From NCBI GenBank assembly GCA_963737655.1, contig CAVTTN010000002.1, positions 5,728,001 through 5,792,000 of the forward strand: a DNA stretch of 64,000 bases. Reading direction: 5' to 3'. A program made the translations under genes and the position numbers. Position 1 is the first letter of the stretch; each line of letters starts with the position of its first letter. The notes beneath the pieces were generated by a model, which saw only the letters and a list, made by a program, of their open reading frames with translations, was not told the origin of the DNA and made no database searches. Below are positions 40,423 through 50,188 of this stretch, piece after piece. This DNA is from an uncultured Planctomycetota bacterium. Its GTDB lineage: Bacteria > Planctomycetota > Planctomycetia > Isosphaerales > Isosphaeraceae.

Positions 40423-42000
40423 TTGACCTCGACGACCCCCGCGCCCCCCGAGCCTCGCCCGCTGCCCCCGGTCCTCTCTCGCCTGCTCCGGGGGACGTTC
40501 TGGCTGGCCTTGCGGACGCCCTTGCAGGCCGTGTTCGCCCTGTGGAGCGTCCCCCTGATCCTCGACTTCGTCGGCGAGACGCAGTACGGGGCGTTCGGCT
40601 TCGCCTGGGGGTTCGGCTTCTTCCAGTTCCTGCTGGAATTCGGCATGAGCTCCTCGCTCCAGAAGGAGGTCTCGGCCTGCTGGACCCGGGGCGACCGCGA
40701 GGGCGTCGATCGCGCCGTGGCGTGCGGCCTGAACTTCTATGCGGCGATCGCCCTGATCCAGGTCGCGGCGCTCCTGGGCGTGGCGGCGTTCGGAATCCCC
40801 TCGACGTTCGGGCCCGAGTCTCACCGGCTGATCGTCCGCCTGCTCTGGCTCCAGGCGATCACCTCGCCGTGCTTCGGCCTCTCCACCGTGGTGACCAGCA
40901 TCCTCCAGGCGGCCCGCAGGTACGACGTCGTCCCCCGGTTCGAATTGGCGATCGTGATCTTGCGGTTCATCGCCCTGGTCGTCGCGCTGAAGGGCGGCAT
41001 GGATTTCTTCTGGGTCGTCGTGATCCAGACGGCCCTGACCGTCGGCCTCTCGCTCGGCCCGGCGCTGTGGGTCGTCACGAAGGAGCTCGGCTATCGGCTG
41101 CCGCTGCGAGGGGCGAAGCTCTCCGACTACGCGGCCCTTTTGCACATCAGCACGTTCATGTTCATGATGCAGTTGAGCGTGGTCCTGGCCGACAAGCTGG
41201 ACAAGCTCGTCCTGGGCTATGCGCTGGACCCGCCCGAGGCGCCCATCGCGGTGTACGAGGCGATCAGCAAGCCGTTCCTGCAGCTCCGGCAGACGGGCTG
41301 GATGCTCGCCTACCTCGTCATGCCGGCCGTCGCCAGCCTCGCCGCCGCGAAGGACGAGGCGGCCCTGGAGCGGATCAAGTACGACGGCACGAGGTTCCTC
41401 GTCGGCCTGTTGCTGCCGGTCGGGCTCCTGGCGGCGATTTATGCCCACCCCTTCTTGAATCTATGGGTGCCGAAGTTCGCGGACGACGCCCCGCTGATGC
41501 GCCTGTTCCTGGTGGCGGCGCTGCCCCTGGTCTTATCGGTTCACGTGCAGATGGCGATTGGGATGAATGCGATCCGGGTGGTGTCGCTGGCGGCCCTGGG
41601 AGGGGCGCTGGTGAACCTGCCGCTGAGCTATTTCCTGACGCTCAGGATGGGAGTGGCCGGGGTGATCTGGGGGACCGTGCTGACCACGCTCGCCTCGAAC
41701 CTGCTGATCCCGGGCGTCCACGTCTTCCGCGTCCTGGGCGTGCAGCTCGTCACGTTCCTGAGAAGGTCGCTCGGGGCGCCTCTGGGCGGGGCCGCGATGC
41801 TGGGGGTCGCGGCGCTCCTGCTCAACGCGGCGTCCTCGGCCGAGCCGGCCGCCGGCGCCTCAAGGCTGGCCAAGGCGGTGCCTCTGCTCGTTCACCTGAC
41901 GCTCTGCGGCCTCGCCTACCTGATCGGCTACGCCCTCGTGCCGGAGGGGAGAAACGACCTCGCCACGATCGCGCGACGATTCCTCCGCCGAAAGGGCTGA
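40423..42000 (+). CDS. Wzx-like polysaccharide flippase (MOP superfamily)
   Basis: Many TM segments; LG..QYG, LLEFGM, ADKLDKLVLG and NLPLS..L...MGVAGVIWGT; TTG start with GGAG RBS. Confidence 0.8.
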   Translation: MTSTTPAPPEPRPLPPVLSRLLRGTFWLALRTPLQAVFALWSVPLILDFVGETQYGAFGFAWGFGFFQFLLEFGMSSSLQKEVSACWTRGDREGVDRAVACGLNFYAAIALIQVAALLGVAAFGIPSTFGPESHRLIVRLLWLQAITSPCFGLSTVVTSILQAARRYDVVPRFELAIVILRFIALVVALKGGMDFFWVVVIQTALTVGLSLGPALWVVTKELGYRLPLRGAKLSDYAALLHISTFMFMMQLSVVLADKLDKLVLGYALDPPEAPIAVYEAISKPFLQLRQTGWMLAYLVMPAVASLAAAKDEAALERIKYDGTRFLVGLLLPVGLLAAIYAHPFLNLWVPKFADDAPLMRLFLVAALPLVLSVHVQMAIGMNAIRVVSLAALGGALVNLPLSYFLTLRMGVAGVIWGTVLTTLASNLLIPGVHVFRVLGVQLVTFLRRSLGAPLGGAAMLGVAALLLNAASSAEPAAGASRLAKAVPLLVHLTLCGLAYLIGYALVPEGRNDLATIARRFLRRKG

Positions 42001-42063
42001 AGCGGCCTCGCCGGAGGGGGTCCGCCGGCCTACGATGAGGTGAGGACCGGGGGGCATCGCAGC

Positions 42064-42585
42064 ATGAATAACGGGCGGAAGACGGTGGACGTCCTGGGCC
42101 GGGAGCATTCGGGCCGGAGGTTCGTCCTGATCGGCGCGGCGGTGATCTTTGCGGTCTGGGCCGGGCTGTTCCTGGCGTTTCGCCAGTGGCGGGAGCGGCA
42201 TCGGGCCGACGTCGAATTCGGCCGTCGCGAGGTCGCCGCCGTGGTCGAGCCTCTGAAGAGGCTCGAACCGCCGGGCGTGACGCCCAAGGTCTGGCGCGGC
42301 GCGGTGGACGACTCCCGAGGGATGCTGGAGGCCGTCGTCGGCTCGGGGATGCTCGACCGCCCCGCGATGGAACGGCTCCGCGACGAGCTCCGCGACCGAT
42401 TCGCGAAGACCTCGCCGGATTCGGCCGTGGGGGATCTCGGCACGCTCTGGGACGACATGGAAGCACGAGCCGGCCCGGTCCTCACCCGCAAGGCCGAACG
42501 CCCCCCGTTCGTGCCCGAGCGGCCCATCCTGCTGAAGAGACCAACCGCCAAGCCGCCAAGAGCGCCAAGGGAAGAGGAGAAGTAG
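42064..42585 (+). CDS. Hypothetical single-TM protein
   Basis: HSGRRFVLIGAAVIFAVWAGLFLAF; follows the flippase on the same strand. Confidence 0.65.
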   Translation: MNNGRKTVDVLGREHSGRRFVLIGAAVIFAVWAGLFLAFRQWRERHRADVEFGRREVAAVVEPLKRLEPPGVTPKVWRGAVDDSRGMLEAVVGSGMLDRPAMERLRDELRDRFAKTSPDSAVGDLGTLWDDMEARAGPVLTRKAERPPFVPERPILLKRPTAKPPRAPREEEK

Positions 42586-42680
42586 GAGAAACGGAATAAG
42601 TCGAAGTCAAACTATAAAAGAATTTCGTCATCGAATTTCTCTTCGATCCTCTCCTCTTTCCTTGGCGGCTTGGCGGTTGA
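42542..42680. repeat. Inverted-repeat element with internally periodic (GCCAAG) arms and an AT-rich core
   Basis: CAACCGCCAAGCCGCCAAGAGCGCCAAGG...CCTTGGCGGCTTGGCGGTTG. Confidence 0.8.
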
Positions 42681-44187
42681 TCTCCCCGTCTTTCCGTCGC
42701 AGAGCCAGGATGAAGAACTCGCAAGGACCGCCGGCGCGGGTTTCCGGCCCTCGGAGGTGCTCGATCGTGGGGAATTCTTCGAGGAGCGGCCGGTACGAGG
42801 CGCGTTCGGCGGCGGTGGCCTTGGGCTCGAAGTAGACCGCGACGTGCGAGGCGCCGAGCTCTCGGTAATGGGCGAGCCGGGATCGCCAGTCGGCCGGGAG
42901 CTCGGGGCTGTGGATCGGCCAGCCTTCGCGGTGGCTGTGGTGGACGACCGTCGGGAACTCGATCCCCGGGCCGATCGCCACGACCCGGCCGCCTTCCGGG
43001 CAGAGCTCGCGGAGGCGGCCGGCCAGGACGAGCTTGCCTTCGTCCAGGCGGAACAGGCCGCCCATCACCCACGGCGACTGCACCGCGAACGCCAGTCCCA
43101 GGACGATCGGGACGATCGCCAGGCGACGCGCCGAGGGCCGCGACGCGATCGCCTCCAGCCCCAGGGCGCCCCACGTGGCGAACGCCGGCAGGACCATCAG
43201 CGCGTAATAATCGTGGTCGCGGAGCTTCGGCGCCAGCAGGGCGAAGAAGCCGAGGCCCATGACCGTCCAGCCCACCAGCATCCCCGAAGGCCGGGCCCGT
43301 CGCCTCACGGCCGAGGCGATCCCGACGAGCATCAGCACCCCGAGCACCGGCCCGCAATCGCGGAAGAGGAACCGGCCGAAAAACGCGCCGTAAATGGTCT
43401 TCGAGAGCAAGACATCCGGCCTCTGGAACAGGAAATACGGGTAGACGTGCCCCTCGACCCACCCCGATTCCACCGGGTTCCTCGTCCGGAAGAAGACCAC
43501 GGCCATCCAGACGGCCATCGGCCCGACCATCGCCGCCATCAGCGCGAGAAAGCGTCTCGAAAAGACCGCCCGCCACGTCCCGGAGGCCCTCCACGCCATC
43601 TCCGCCAGGGGCACGGCGACCATCAATCCGAAGTACTTGAACATGCCGGCGAGCATGCCGAAAAGTGCCGCCAGGACGAACCAGCGACGGCCTTCGCCGT
43701 CGAGGAATCGCCGGAAACAGGCCGCCGAGCCGATCATGGCGGCGAGCATCCACGAGTCGGGCATCACGGCACGCCCGTAGAAGATCAGCAAGGGGGCCGC
43801 CGCCATCAGGGCCGTCGAGGCGAGGGCCTCGCGCTCGCCGATCTCCCGGCGGACGAGGTCGAACAGCGCGACCAGGGCCGCGAGGGTGCCCAGGAGGCTC
43901 AGCGCGTGGCCGATCCACGCGCGCTCGCCGAACACGCGGAACCCGGCGGCCAGGGCGATCGAGTAGAGCGGGACCTCCTCGGTCAGCTCCATCCTCTCGC
44001 CTCGCTCGTCGAGGAAGTCGAACGAGTTCTTGAAGACGTCGAACGGGGGGCCCGCGATGCATCGGGCCTTGTTCGAGGTGAAACTCTGCTTGACCATCAA
44101 CGAATCGGCCACCGGCGAATCCAGGTGCTTCAGGCGGACGGCCGCGGCGAGGATCAGGATCAGGACCAGGGCGAATCGGGGGTTCAT
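42628..44187 (-). CDS. ArnT/PMT-like (GT-C) membrane glycosyltransferase
   Basis: AAAVRL, EEVPLYS, PLLIFYGRAVMPD, AGMFKY and HDYY motifs; multiple TM segments. Confidence 0.8.
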   Translation of the reverse strand: MNPRFALVLILILAAAVRLKHLDSPVADSLMVKQSFTSNKARCIAGPPFDVFKNSFDFLDERGERMELTEEVPLYSIALAAGFRVFGERAWIGHALSLLGTLAALVALFDLVRREIGEREALASTALMAAAPLLIFYGRAVMPDSWMLAAMIGSAACFRRFLDGEGRRWFVLAALFGMLAGMFKYFGLMVAVPLAEMAWRASGTWRAVFSRRFLALMAAMVGPMAVWMAVVFFRTRNPVESGWVEGHVYPYFLFQRPDVLLSKTIYGAFFGRFLFRDCGPVLGVLMLVGIASAVRRRARPSGMLVGWTVMGLGFFALLAPKLRDHDYYALMVLPAFATWGALGLEAIASRPSARRLAIVPIVLGLAFAVQSPWVMGGLFRLDEGKLVLAGRLRELCPEGGRVVAIGPGIEFPTVVHHSHREGWPIHSPELPADWRSRLAHYRELGASHVAVYFEPKATAAERASYRPLLEEFPTIEHLRGPETRAGGPCEFFILALRRKDGEINRQAAKERGEDRREIR

Positions 44188-44213
44188 TTGGGGGGGACTC
44201 CGTCCGGCCGAGA

Positions 44214-45590
44214 TCAGCGCCCGTCCTGAGGCTGAGGCGCCTGGTCCACCGTCACGTCGTAATCGATGTACCCGATCATCATTTCATCCCAGGTCTGGTC
44301 GCCCCAGCGGACCGTGGCGCCCGGGTCGGGGTTGTTCGGGTTGCCCGGGGAGTTGTCGAAGTGGGCCACGCAGTCGATCCGGGTCCCTCGGGGCATCGGC
44401 TTCGCGACGGCCAGGCGATAGACGCTCTGCCAGGCGAAGTCGTAGGCCGGGACCGACAGGAGGACCTCGCTCCGGCCGTCGGGATAGGTCGCGGTGTAGA
44501 GGAAATCCTTGCCTCGGAGGTGCATGTGAGGCGAGAGGCTGAGCAGCCTCGCGTCGAACGGGAAGGTGAACGACGAGCGGACCTCGTGCCTCGGCGCCCC
44601 GGGCGGGATCGCCAGCGTCTTGGCCGAGATCCCCTTGGTCACGGCCCTCCGCTCGATCGGCCCCCTGGCGAAGACGAAGCCGACGGAGGAGACGTCGGTC
44701 CGGGGCGTGCCGATCGGCGTGTAATGGACCTCGATCACCAGGGTCGCCCCCTTCGGGATCCGCTTGGCGACGCCCGGGGGGAAGGCCGAGGGCATGTCTC
44801 CGGGGGCGTAGCAGACGAGCTCCGGGCGCTCGGGGCGGCCTTCCTCGTTGGGGGTCTTCTCGTCGAGGAAGACGCAGACGTGGTGGACGACCCGGCGGTC
44901 TCCGGGGCGGGCCTCGGCGGCTTGAATCCACATGTCGCGATCAAAGTTCGTCGGCACCCGGAACTTCTGATAGGATAAGACCCCCTCGGCGGGCACCTCG
45001 AACGGCTCGTCCATCGCGAACACGGCGTCGGGCTCGCCGATGGTCCAGCCTTCGGGGAATCCTCGAGGCTCGGGGAGCTTCGCCGGGTCGCCCAGGGGGG
45101 TCTTCTGCTCGACCCAGGCGAGCAGGACCGCGCGTTCCCGGGGGGTCAGCGAGCGATCGTTGGCGAAGTGGCCATGCCTCGGGTCGGCGTGCCACGGGGG
45201 CATCCGGCGGTCGGCCACGACCTCGGCGATCCCGGCCGACCAGCGGCGGGCGTGGTCGTAATTCAGCAACGAGAACGGCGCGACCTGCCCGGGTCGGTGG
45301 CAGCCCTGGCACTTCTCGGCGAGGATCGGCGCGACGTGGGCGGAATAGGTCACCGGGCCGACGTCCTCGGCCGTCTCGCTGCGATCGAGGTAGTCCGCGA
45401 CCTCGGGAGCCGGCGGGAGGAGCTTCGTATCCCGGGCCTTCGCGGCGTATCTCGGGGCGGGGAGGACGCGAGGCCCCTTCTTCCTCAGGGAGACCCAGCC
45501 GCCCAGGCCGATGGCCAGGGGGACCAGGACGAGCAGGCGGATTCGCCTCGGGGGGAGCCACGCCGGCCGAGTTTTCGGGCTGATGACCAC
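44214..45590 (-). CDS. Cytochrome c plus copper monooxygenase (PHM-like) domain protein, lacking the usual N-terminal redoxin
   Basis: CQGCH heme motif; RMPPW; VVHH; PHMHLRGK; YDFAWQ; DEMMIG. Confidence 0.8.
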   Translation of the reverse strand: MVISPKTRPAWLPPRRIRLLVLVPLAIGLGGWVSLRKKGPRVLPAPRYAAKARDTKLLPPAPEVADYLDRSETAEDVGPVTYSAHVAPILAEKCQGCHRPGQVAPFSLLNYDHARRWSAGIAEVVADRRMPPWHADPRHGHFANDRSLTPRERAVLLAWVEQKTPLGDPAKLPEPRGFPEGWTIGEPDAVFAMDEPFEVPAEGVLSYQKFRVPTNFDRDMWIQAAEARPGDRRVVHHVCVFLDEKTPNEEGRPERPELVCYAPGDMPSAFPPGVAKRIPKGATLVIEVHYTPIGTPRTDVSSVGFVFARGPIERRAVTKGISAKTLAIPPGAPRHEVRSSFTFPFDARLLSLSPHMHLRGKDFLYTATYPDGRSEVLLSVPAYDFAWQSVYRLAVAKPMPRGTRIDCVAHFDNSPGNPNNPDPGATVRWGDQTWDEMMIGYIDYDVTVDQAPQPQDGR

Positions 45591-45669
45591 GTCGTCGCGC
45601 CCTTTCGAACGATCGCGGGTCGCCCGACCCCGGACGTCCCTCCCCTCTGGAAATCGGCCGAAGATCGCC

Positions 45670-46647
45670 TCACCTTGGCTTTTCGTCAAGGTCAGCGACG
45701 ATTTCGGGGGCCGATCGGGAGGTCTGGGCAAGCAGGCGGGCCAGCAACGGCTCGTAGAGGGTCCGGCCCCGGAGCGCCGACCGCCAGCGATCGGGGATCG
45801 CGGCGAATCCGTCGCGGAGCCCGGCGATCCCTCCGGCCACGCAGGCGGTGGTGTCGGTGTCCTCGCCCAGGGCCACGGCCGCCTTGACGACCTGTTCATA
45901 CGACCCCGCCTCGATGGCCAGGCGCGCCGAGTGGAGGCAATCGACGACATAGCCGCCCCCCTGGCCTCCGGGCGGGTCGTCGGGCCGGACGTGCGCCTCC
46001 AGCTCCTCGCGGAGGGCGGAGGTCTCGCCCAGGAGGCCGCGGAGGCTCGCCACGGCCGACGGCCAGGGATCGGCGGCGGCGTCCAGGACGCGGCGGGCCC
46101 AGAGGCAGTACAGGGCGCAACAGAGTTGCGAGCGGGCGTGGCCGTGGGTGACCTTCGATTGGGTCATGGCGTCGGCGGCCAGGACGGCGTCGGGGCCGCG
46201 ATGCCAGAGGGCGAGCGGGAGGACCCTCATCAGCGACCCGTTGCCGTTGTCTCGCTCCTCCGACGGCCCGGCCTCCAGGGGCGGGACCCCGGCCCGGAGC
46301 CGACCCAGGGCGCGGGCCGTCTGGTTGCCGATGTCGAAGACCTCCCCCTCGACGGCCATCGCGCCCTCGTCCCACCACGCCAGCAACCGCCGAGCCAGGT
46401 CGTGAGGGTCGAGCCGCCCGCAGTCCAGGAGCGAGCCGAGCAGGCCAAGCGCCTGGGCCCCGTCGTCGGACCACGTCCCCGGGGGGACTTTCCCATGCGC
46501 CACGACGAACCCCGGAGGGGGCTCGAACTCGATCGCCTCGATCGGCGGGATCTCCTCGGGCGAAGAAAACTCGTAGGGGACGCCCAGGGCATCCCCCACC
46601 AGGAGCCCGATCAACCCGCCCTCGACCCGCTCGGCCCGCGTCGGCAT
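45670..46647 (-). CDS. ADP-ribosylglycohydrolase family protein
   Basis: GDALGVPYEF, GTWSDDG, FDIGNQT, GNGSLMR, TH and GEDTDTTA. Confidence 0.92.
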   Translation of the reverse strand: MPTRAERVEGGLIGLLVGDALGVPYEFSSPEEIPPIEAIEFEPPPGFVVAHGKVPPGTWSDDGAQALGLLGSLLDCGRLDPHDLARRLLAWWDEGAMAVEGEVFDIGNQTARALGRLRAGVPPLEAGPSEERDNGNGSLMRVLPLALWHRGPDAVLAADAMTQSKVTHGHARSQLCCALYCLWARRVLDAAADPWPSAVASLRGLLGETSALREELEAHVRPDDPPGGQGGGYVVDCLHSARLAIEAGSYEQVVKAAVALGEDTDTTACVAGGIAGLRDGFAAIPDRWRSALRGRTLYEPLLARLLAQTSRSAPEIVADLDEKPR

Positions 46648-46729
46648 GGCAGCCTCCCCTCGGCCCTCGTTCGCCGCAATGATGAGCGATCCGGGGCCGG
46701 AGGAGAAGCGAAATCGCGGGGGATGCCGA

Positions 46730-47104
46730 TCAGGCCGACGGCGCGCCCTTGGCCTTGTAGCACTCGTCGATGCGATCGCGCCAGTGCTGGGGCGTCGCGG
46801 CGATCTCGTCCATGAAGCGGCTGGCCATCGAATTCACCGGGCGGACGCCCTGCTCCCACGCCCGGACGGTCTTCACGCTCACGCCCAGGATGCGGGCGAA
46901 CAGGGCCTGGCTGACGTTCAAGAGCGTGCGGACGTTCCGGACGTCGCCGGGTGAGTTGTCGCGAGGCTCGAGGTTCAGCTCGACGGTGCGGACGGTGAAC
47001 CTCGTCTCGATCGGTTCTCCACTCCGAAGGGCATCGCGGAGCTCGGTGAGGGCCTCGATGATCTCCAGACCGGCCGGGGAATGGATCGGCTTCTCCATGT
47101 CCAT
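46730..47104 (-). CDS. higA: XRE-family HTH antitoxin (HigA-like)
   Basis: EIIEALTE; VRNVRTLLNVSQALFARILGVSVKTVRAWEQG. Confidence 0.8.
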   Translation of the reverse strand: MDMEKPIHSPAGLEIIEALTELRDALRSGEPIETRFTVRTVELNLEPRDNSPGDVRNVRTLLNVSQALFARILGVSVKTVRAWEQGVRPVNSMASRFMDEIAATPQHWRDRIDECYKAKGAPSA

Positions 47105-47105
47105 G

Positions 47106-47470
47106 TCAAGATCCTTTGCCGAGTTCCTGGCGGATGCCTCGAATCAGCGATGCAATCACCTTCCGGTCGGCCTCGGTCAAGTCGGGAGTCTCTGTCTCAT
47201 CGCAGACAGTGACCAGGGCCACGACGCGAAACCCCTCGAAATACGCGTAGCAGACCCGGTAGCCCCCCGTTTGCCGCGAGATGAATCGCCGCTCGCAAAC
47301 CGGAGTTTCCTCAGCCCGCCGGTCCCTCGGACGACGGGAGGCCGCTTCGGGTCGGCCATGATCGAAATCTCCAGAAAGCGGAGATCGTCATCCGTCAACC
47401 CCAAGGCAGCCCACTGCCTCAAGAACAAACCAAGATGTAAGAAATTTAACAACTTCTCTGGGGAGGCCAT
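47106..47470 (-). CDS. higB: RelE/HigB-2-like toxin; frameshift in G6 run at 47263-47268
   Basis: GLTDDDLRFLE...GTGGLRKLRFA...GKRG; one added G continues GYRVCYAYF...DLTEADRKVIASLIRGIRQELGKGS*, ending 1 nt before higA. Confidence 0.8.
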
Positions 47471-47749
47471 ACCCGATCAACCATTTCTCGATGGCTGCGC
47501 TTGCCACAAGCCCGAATGGCACCCTTCCACCAATTCGAAGGAGAGATTGTTCGCCGTCCGCACTGCGGTTCCAATGTAAGACCCGGTGGCGGGATCGTCC
47601 AGGACATCTCTTCGAGGCTCAAGCCCATCCGAAGGGCTGCGGGCGGATCGCCGAACGCCGCGAGGCCGCCGGGCCCTGGGGGGCCCGCCGGCCTCGCGAC
47701 GATCAGGTCTTCGCTCGGGGATGTCGATCCGGATGGATGGAAGCGGCGT

Positions 47750-48647
47750 TCAGGAGGCCCGGCGGCGGCGGATCGTCCGGCCGATCAGGCCGAGGCCGAA
47801 GGCGCCGAGGAGGGCCGTGGTCGTCGGCTCGGGGACCGGGTTGAGCTGGCCGGCGATCAGGGCGTAACCGGCGTCGTTGGGGTGGACGTTGCCCGAGGTG
47901 ATGTAGGTGTCCTGCGTCTCGTGGCCGAGGAACGGCGTGTAGGTGTCGATGTAGTTCGCGCCGAACGCGGCGGCCTCGCCGGCGATCACGGCGTTGAGGA
48001 GCTGGATCGCCGGGGCGGCGATCGGCGCGGCCGGGTTGCTCGGCACCCCGGCGTAGGGGTTGTAATACCCCAGGAGCGAGACATGGGCATTCGGGGCCAG
48101 GGCGTGGACCTCGGTCAGGATGTTCGTCAGGTTGTTCTGGATCGTGGACATCGCCCCCAGGACGGCCGAGAACTGCTGGGACGGGTTCATCGAGAAGAAG
48201 TTCGGCCCGTTCATCACGGCGAACAGGTCATTGGCCCCGAGCTGGATCGTCACGGCGCCGACGGGGCTGCCGGAGGCCTGCGCCGGCGAGCTTGGAGACC
48301 AGCAGCGTGTTCTGGCTGATGGCGCTGCTCGAATAGTTCAGGTTCAGAGGGGCGGCGGCCTGCCCCCCGGTGAAGAAGCTGGTCGAGGTCTCGCCATCGA
48401 CGCCCAGGTTCACGACGTTCGGCCTCATCCCGCCATTCATGGCGGCGAGGCCGTCCGCATAGGGGGCCACGTAGCCGCGGTCCCCATACGACGGGTTCTT
48501 GGTGAAATCGGTCTCGCCGAAGGCGACCGAGTCGCCCAGGGCAATGTACGTCATCGACCCGGCCGTCGCCACCGAGGGCGCCGCCGAGGCGATCGCCAGA
48601 GCGGCCAAACCGGTGCAGATCGAGAGAAACGCTCCGCGCATCGCCAT
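47750..48647 (-). CDS. PEP-CTERM SGNH/GDSL hydrolase; frameshift at ~48280
   Basis: Block I YIALGDSVAFG and NLGVDGET in one frame; TIQLGANDL, NVHPN..GY and PVPEPTT in the next. Confidence 0.85.
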
Positions 48648-48926
48648 CACCTCCATGCTTCCTAGAAGTCGTCATCGACATCCCTGCCCGCGAATGGGGC
48701 GAATCCTAGCCACGATCGCGAAAACCGACAAGAGCTTTAGGGAAAGTTTGCAAGATGGACGGAATGAAACATTTCCCGACGGAGCGGAAAGATCGACAAT
48801 CGACGCAAGCCAAGGCGGAATCCGAACCTCTCGCGGCCGGAAGTCGCCCGCGATCCGAGAGATCCCGATCCCGAGAAGGACCCGGCGGGACCCGGCCCGC
48901 GCGGCCTCGTCGGGCTTCGGTCGCTG

Positions 48927-49325
48927 TCAAGGAATCATCCAATCGACGATCGAAAGCCCCGGCACATCTTGAAAGTCGGCGACGTTGTGGGTGACGACGG
49001 TCAGGTTGTGGGCCAGGGCGACCGCCGCGTTGAAGAGGTCGGGCACCCCGACCGGGCGGCCCCGGTCGAGCAGGTCGGCCCGGATGCGGCCGAACGCCTC
49101 GGCGACTTCCCGGTCGATGTCGAAGACCTCGACGACCGCGAGGAACTGCTCGATCTCGGGAAGCCGCGACGCGGGCGCCCTGGCTCGCATCCCCCAGGTG
49201 AGGAGTTCGCCCACCGTCACGGTCGAGACCTTCAGACTCCCGTGGTGGAGCATGACCCGGCGAACCACGCCGGGGTCGTTCTTGAAGAAGCCCGAGCGGG
49301 TGTCGGTGTCGAGCAGGAAGCTCAT
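48927..49325 (-). CDS. vapC: VapC PIN-domain toxin
   Basis: FLLDTD, STVTVGEL, GRPVGVPDLFNAAVA and VVTHNVADF. Confidence 0.9.
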   Translation of the reverse strand: MSFLLDTDTRSGFFKNDPGVVRRVMLHHGSLKVSTVTVGELLTWGMRARAPASRLPEIEQFLAVVEVFDIDREVAEAFGRIRADLLDRGRPVGVPDLFNAAVALAHNLTVVTHNVADFQDVPGLSIVDWMIP

Positions 49326-49573
49326 CCCTCGATCTCGCGGCGAGGGAGCTTCCTCTGCTGACGATTCCATTCCAGGTAGCGGTCGAGTTCCTCCGCGTCC
49401 TCGGCCCAGGCCCCGGCCAATCGGCGGAGGGTCGAGAGCTTCTCGTCATCCGAGGGCGGCGGGGGATCCCAGGTCACGGTCACGACGGAGCCCTCGGGCA
49501 ACCCCGGGTCCTCGTTCAGGACGACGGTGCGGCCCCGGATCGCCCCGCGGACCCGGCTCTTCGCGATCGCCAT
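49322..49573 (-). CDS. Putative antitoxin (AF2212/DUF104-like N-terminus)
   Basis: VRGAIRGRTVVLNEDPGLPEGSVVTV; ATGA overlap with vapC. Confidence 0.75.
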   Translation of the reverse strand: MAIAKSRVRGAIRGRTVVLNEDPGLPEGSVVTVTWDPPPPSDDEKLSTLRRLAGAWAEDAEELDRYLEWNRQQRKLPRREIEG

Positions 49574-50188
49574 GTTCGGGCCTCGCTCTCGCATAGAGAG
49601 ACGGTCCCTCCACCCGGGGGCCGCCGAGGATTTCATGGTACGGCCTGCGGACTTTCTTGAGAAGCGCATCGACATCCGCCCGGAGCTTGACCCACTCGGG
49701 CGGGTGGCACGGTTCATACGTTCGTGCTTTCCGGCCCGCCAAGCACGAGCAGTCGTACTCGACCGGTGTTCCTGCGATCAATCGAACACTGGTTGAGTAC
49801 GACCAGTGCCACCCGCCGACAGAATTTCTCCTGCGGCGCTTCGACCTCAGCCCGCGCATTCCTTGGCCCCCGATTTCGCCTTGATCTATGGCGTCGATCG
49901 TGGTGAGGGCCCGCCTTCCAACTCTCGATCAATCTTTGTTTAGCCGAAGGCGTCGCGGAATTCTGTTGACATAGCCGAATCGAGGGAAGAAAGTACGGCC
50001 CGACCGCGATCGATTGGCCAAAAATGAACATCGCGGTCCTTCGCATCGGGACCACGAGCAGGCGTGGTCCGCCTCTTCGGTTGAACTTCACGGACCGCAT
50101 CCCCCCACGAGGCCAAGGAGTCTCCACCATGCCGCTGCGCGCCTTGAGATTGTTCCCGGCCCGGCCGTCCCGACCGATCCGTTCGAGG

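Noticed and set aside
39280..42000. 906-aa ORF
   Set aside because: The first ~380 codons are antisense to the protease gene plus intergenic REP sequence; the real flippase starts near 40423.
44214..45950. N-terminal extension of the monooxygenase overlapping the ARH gene
   Set aside because: It is an alternative frame of the ARH 3' end; a plausible start with a TM anchor is at 45590.
49580..50050. Possible degraded gene in the lower-GC tract upstream of vapBC
   Set aside because: No frame gives a recognisable motif or consistent codon bias, so it cannot be supported without a database search.
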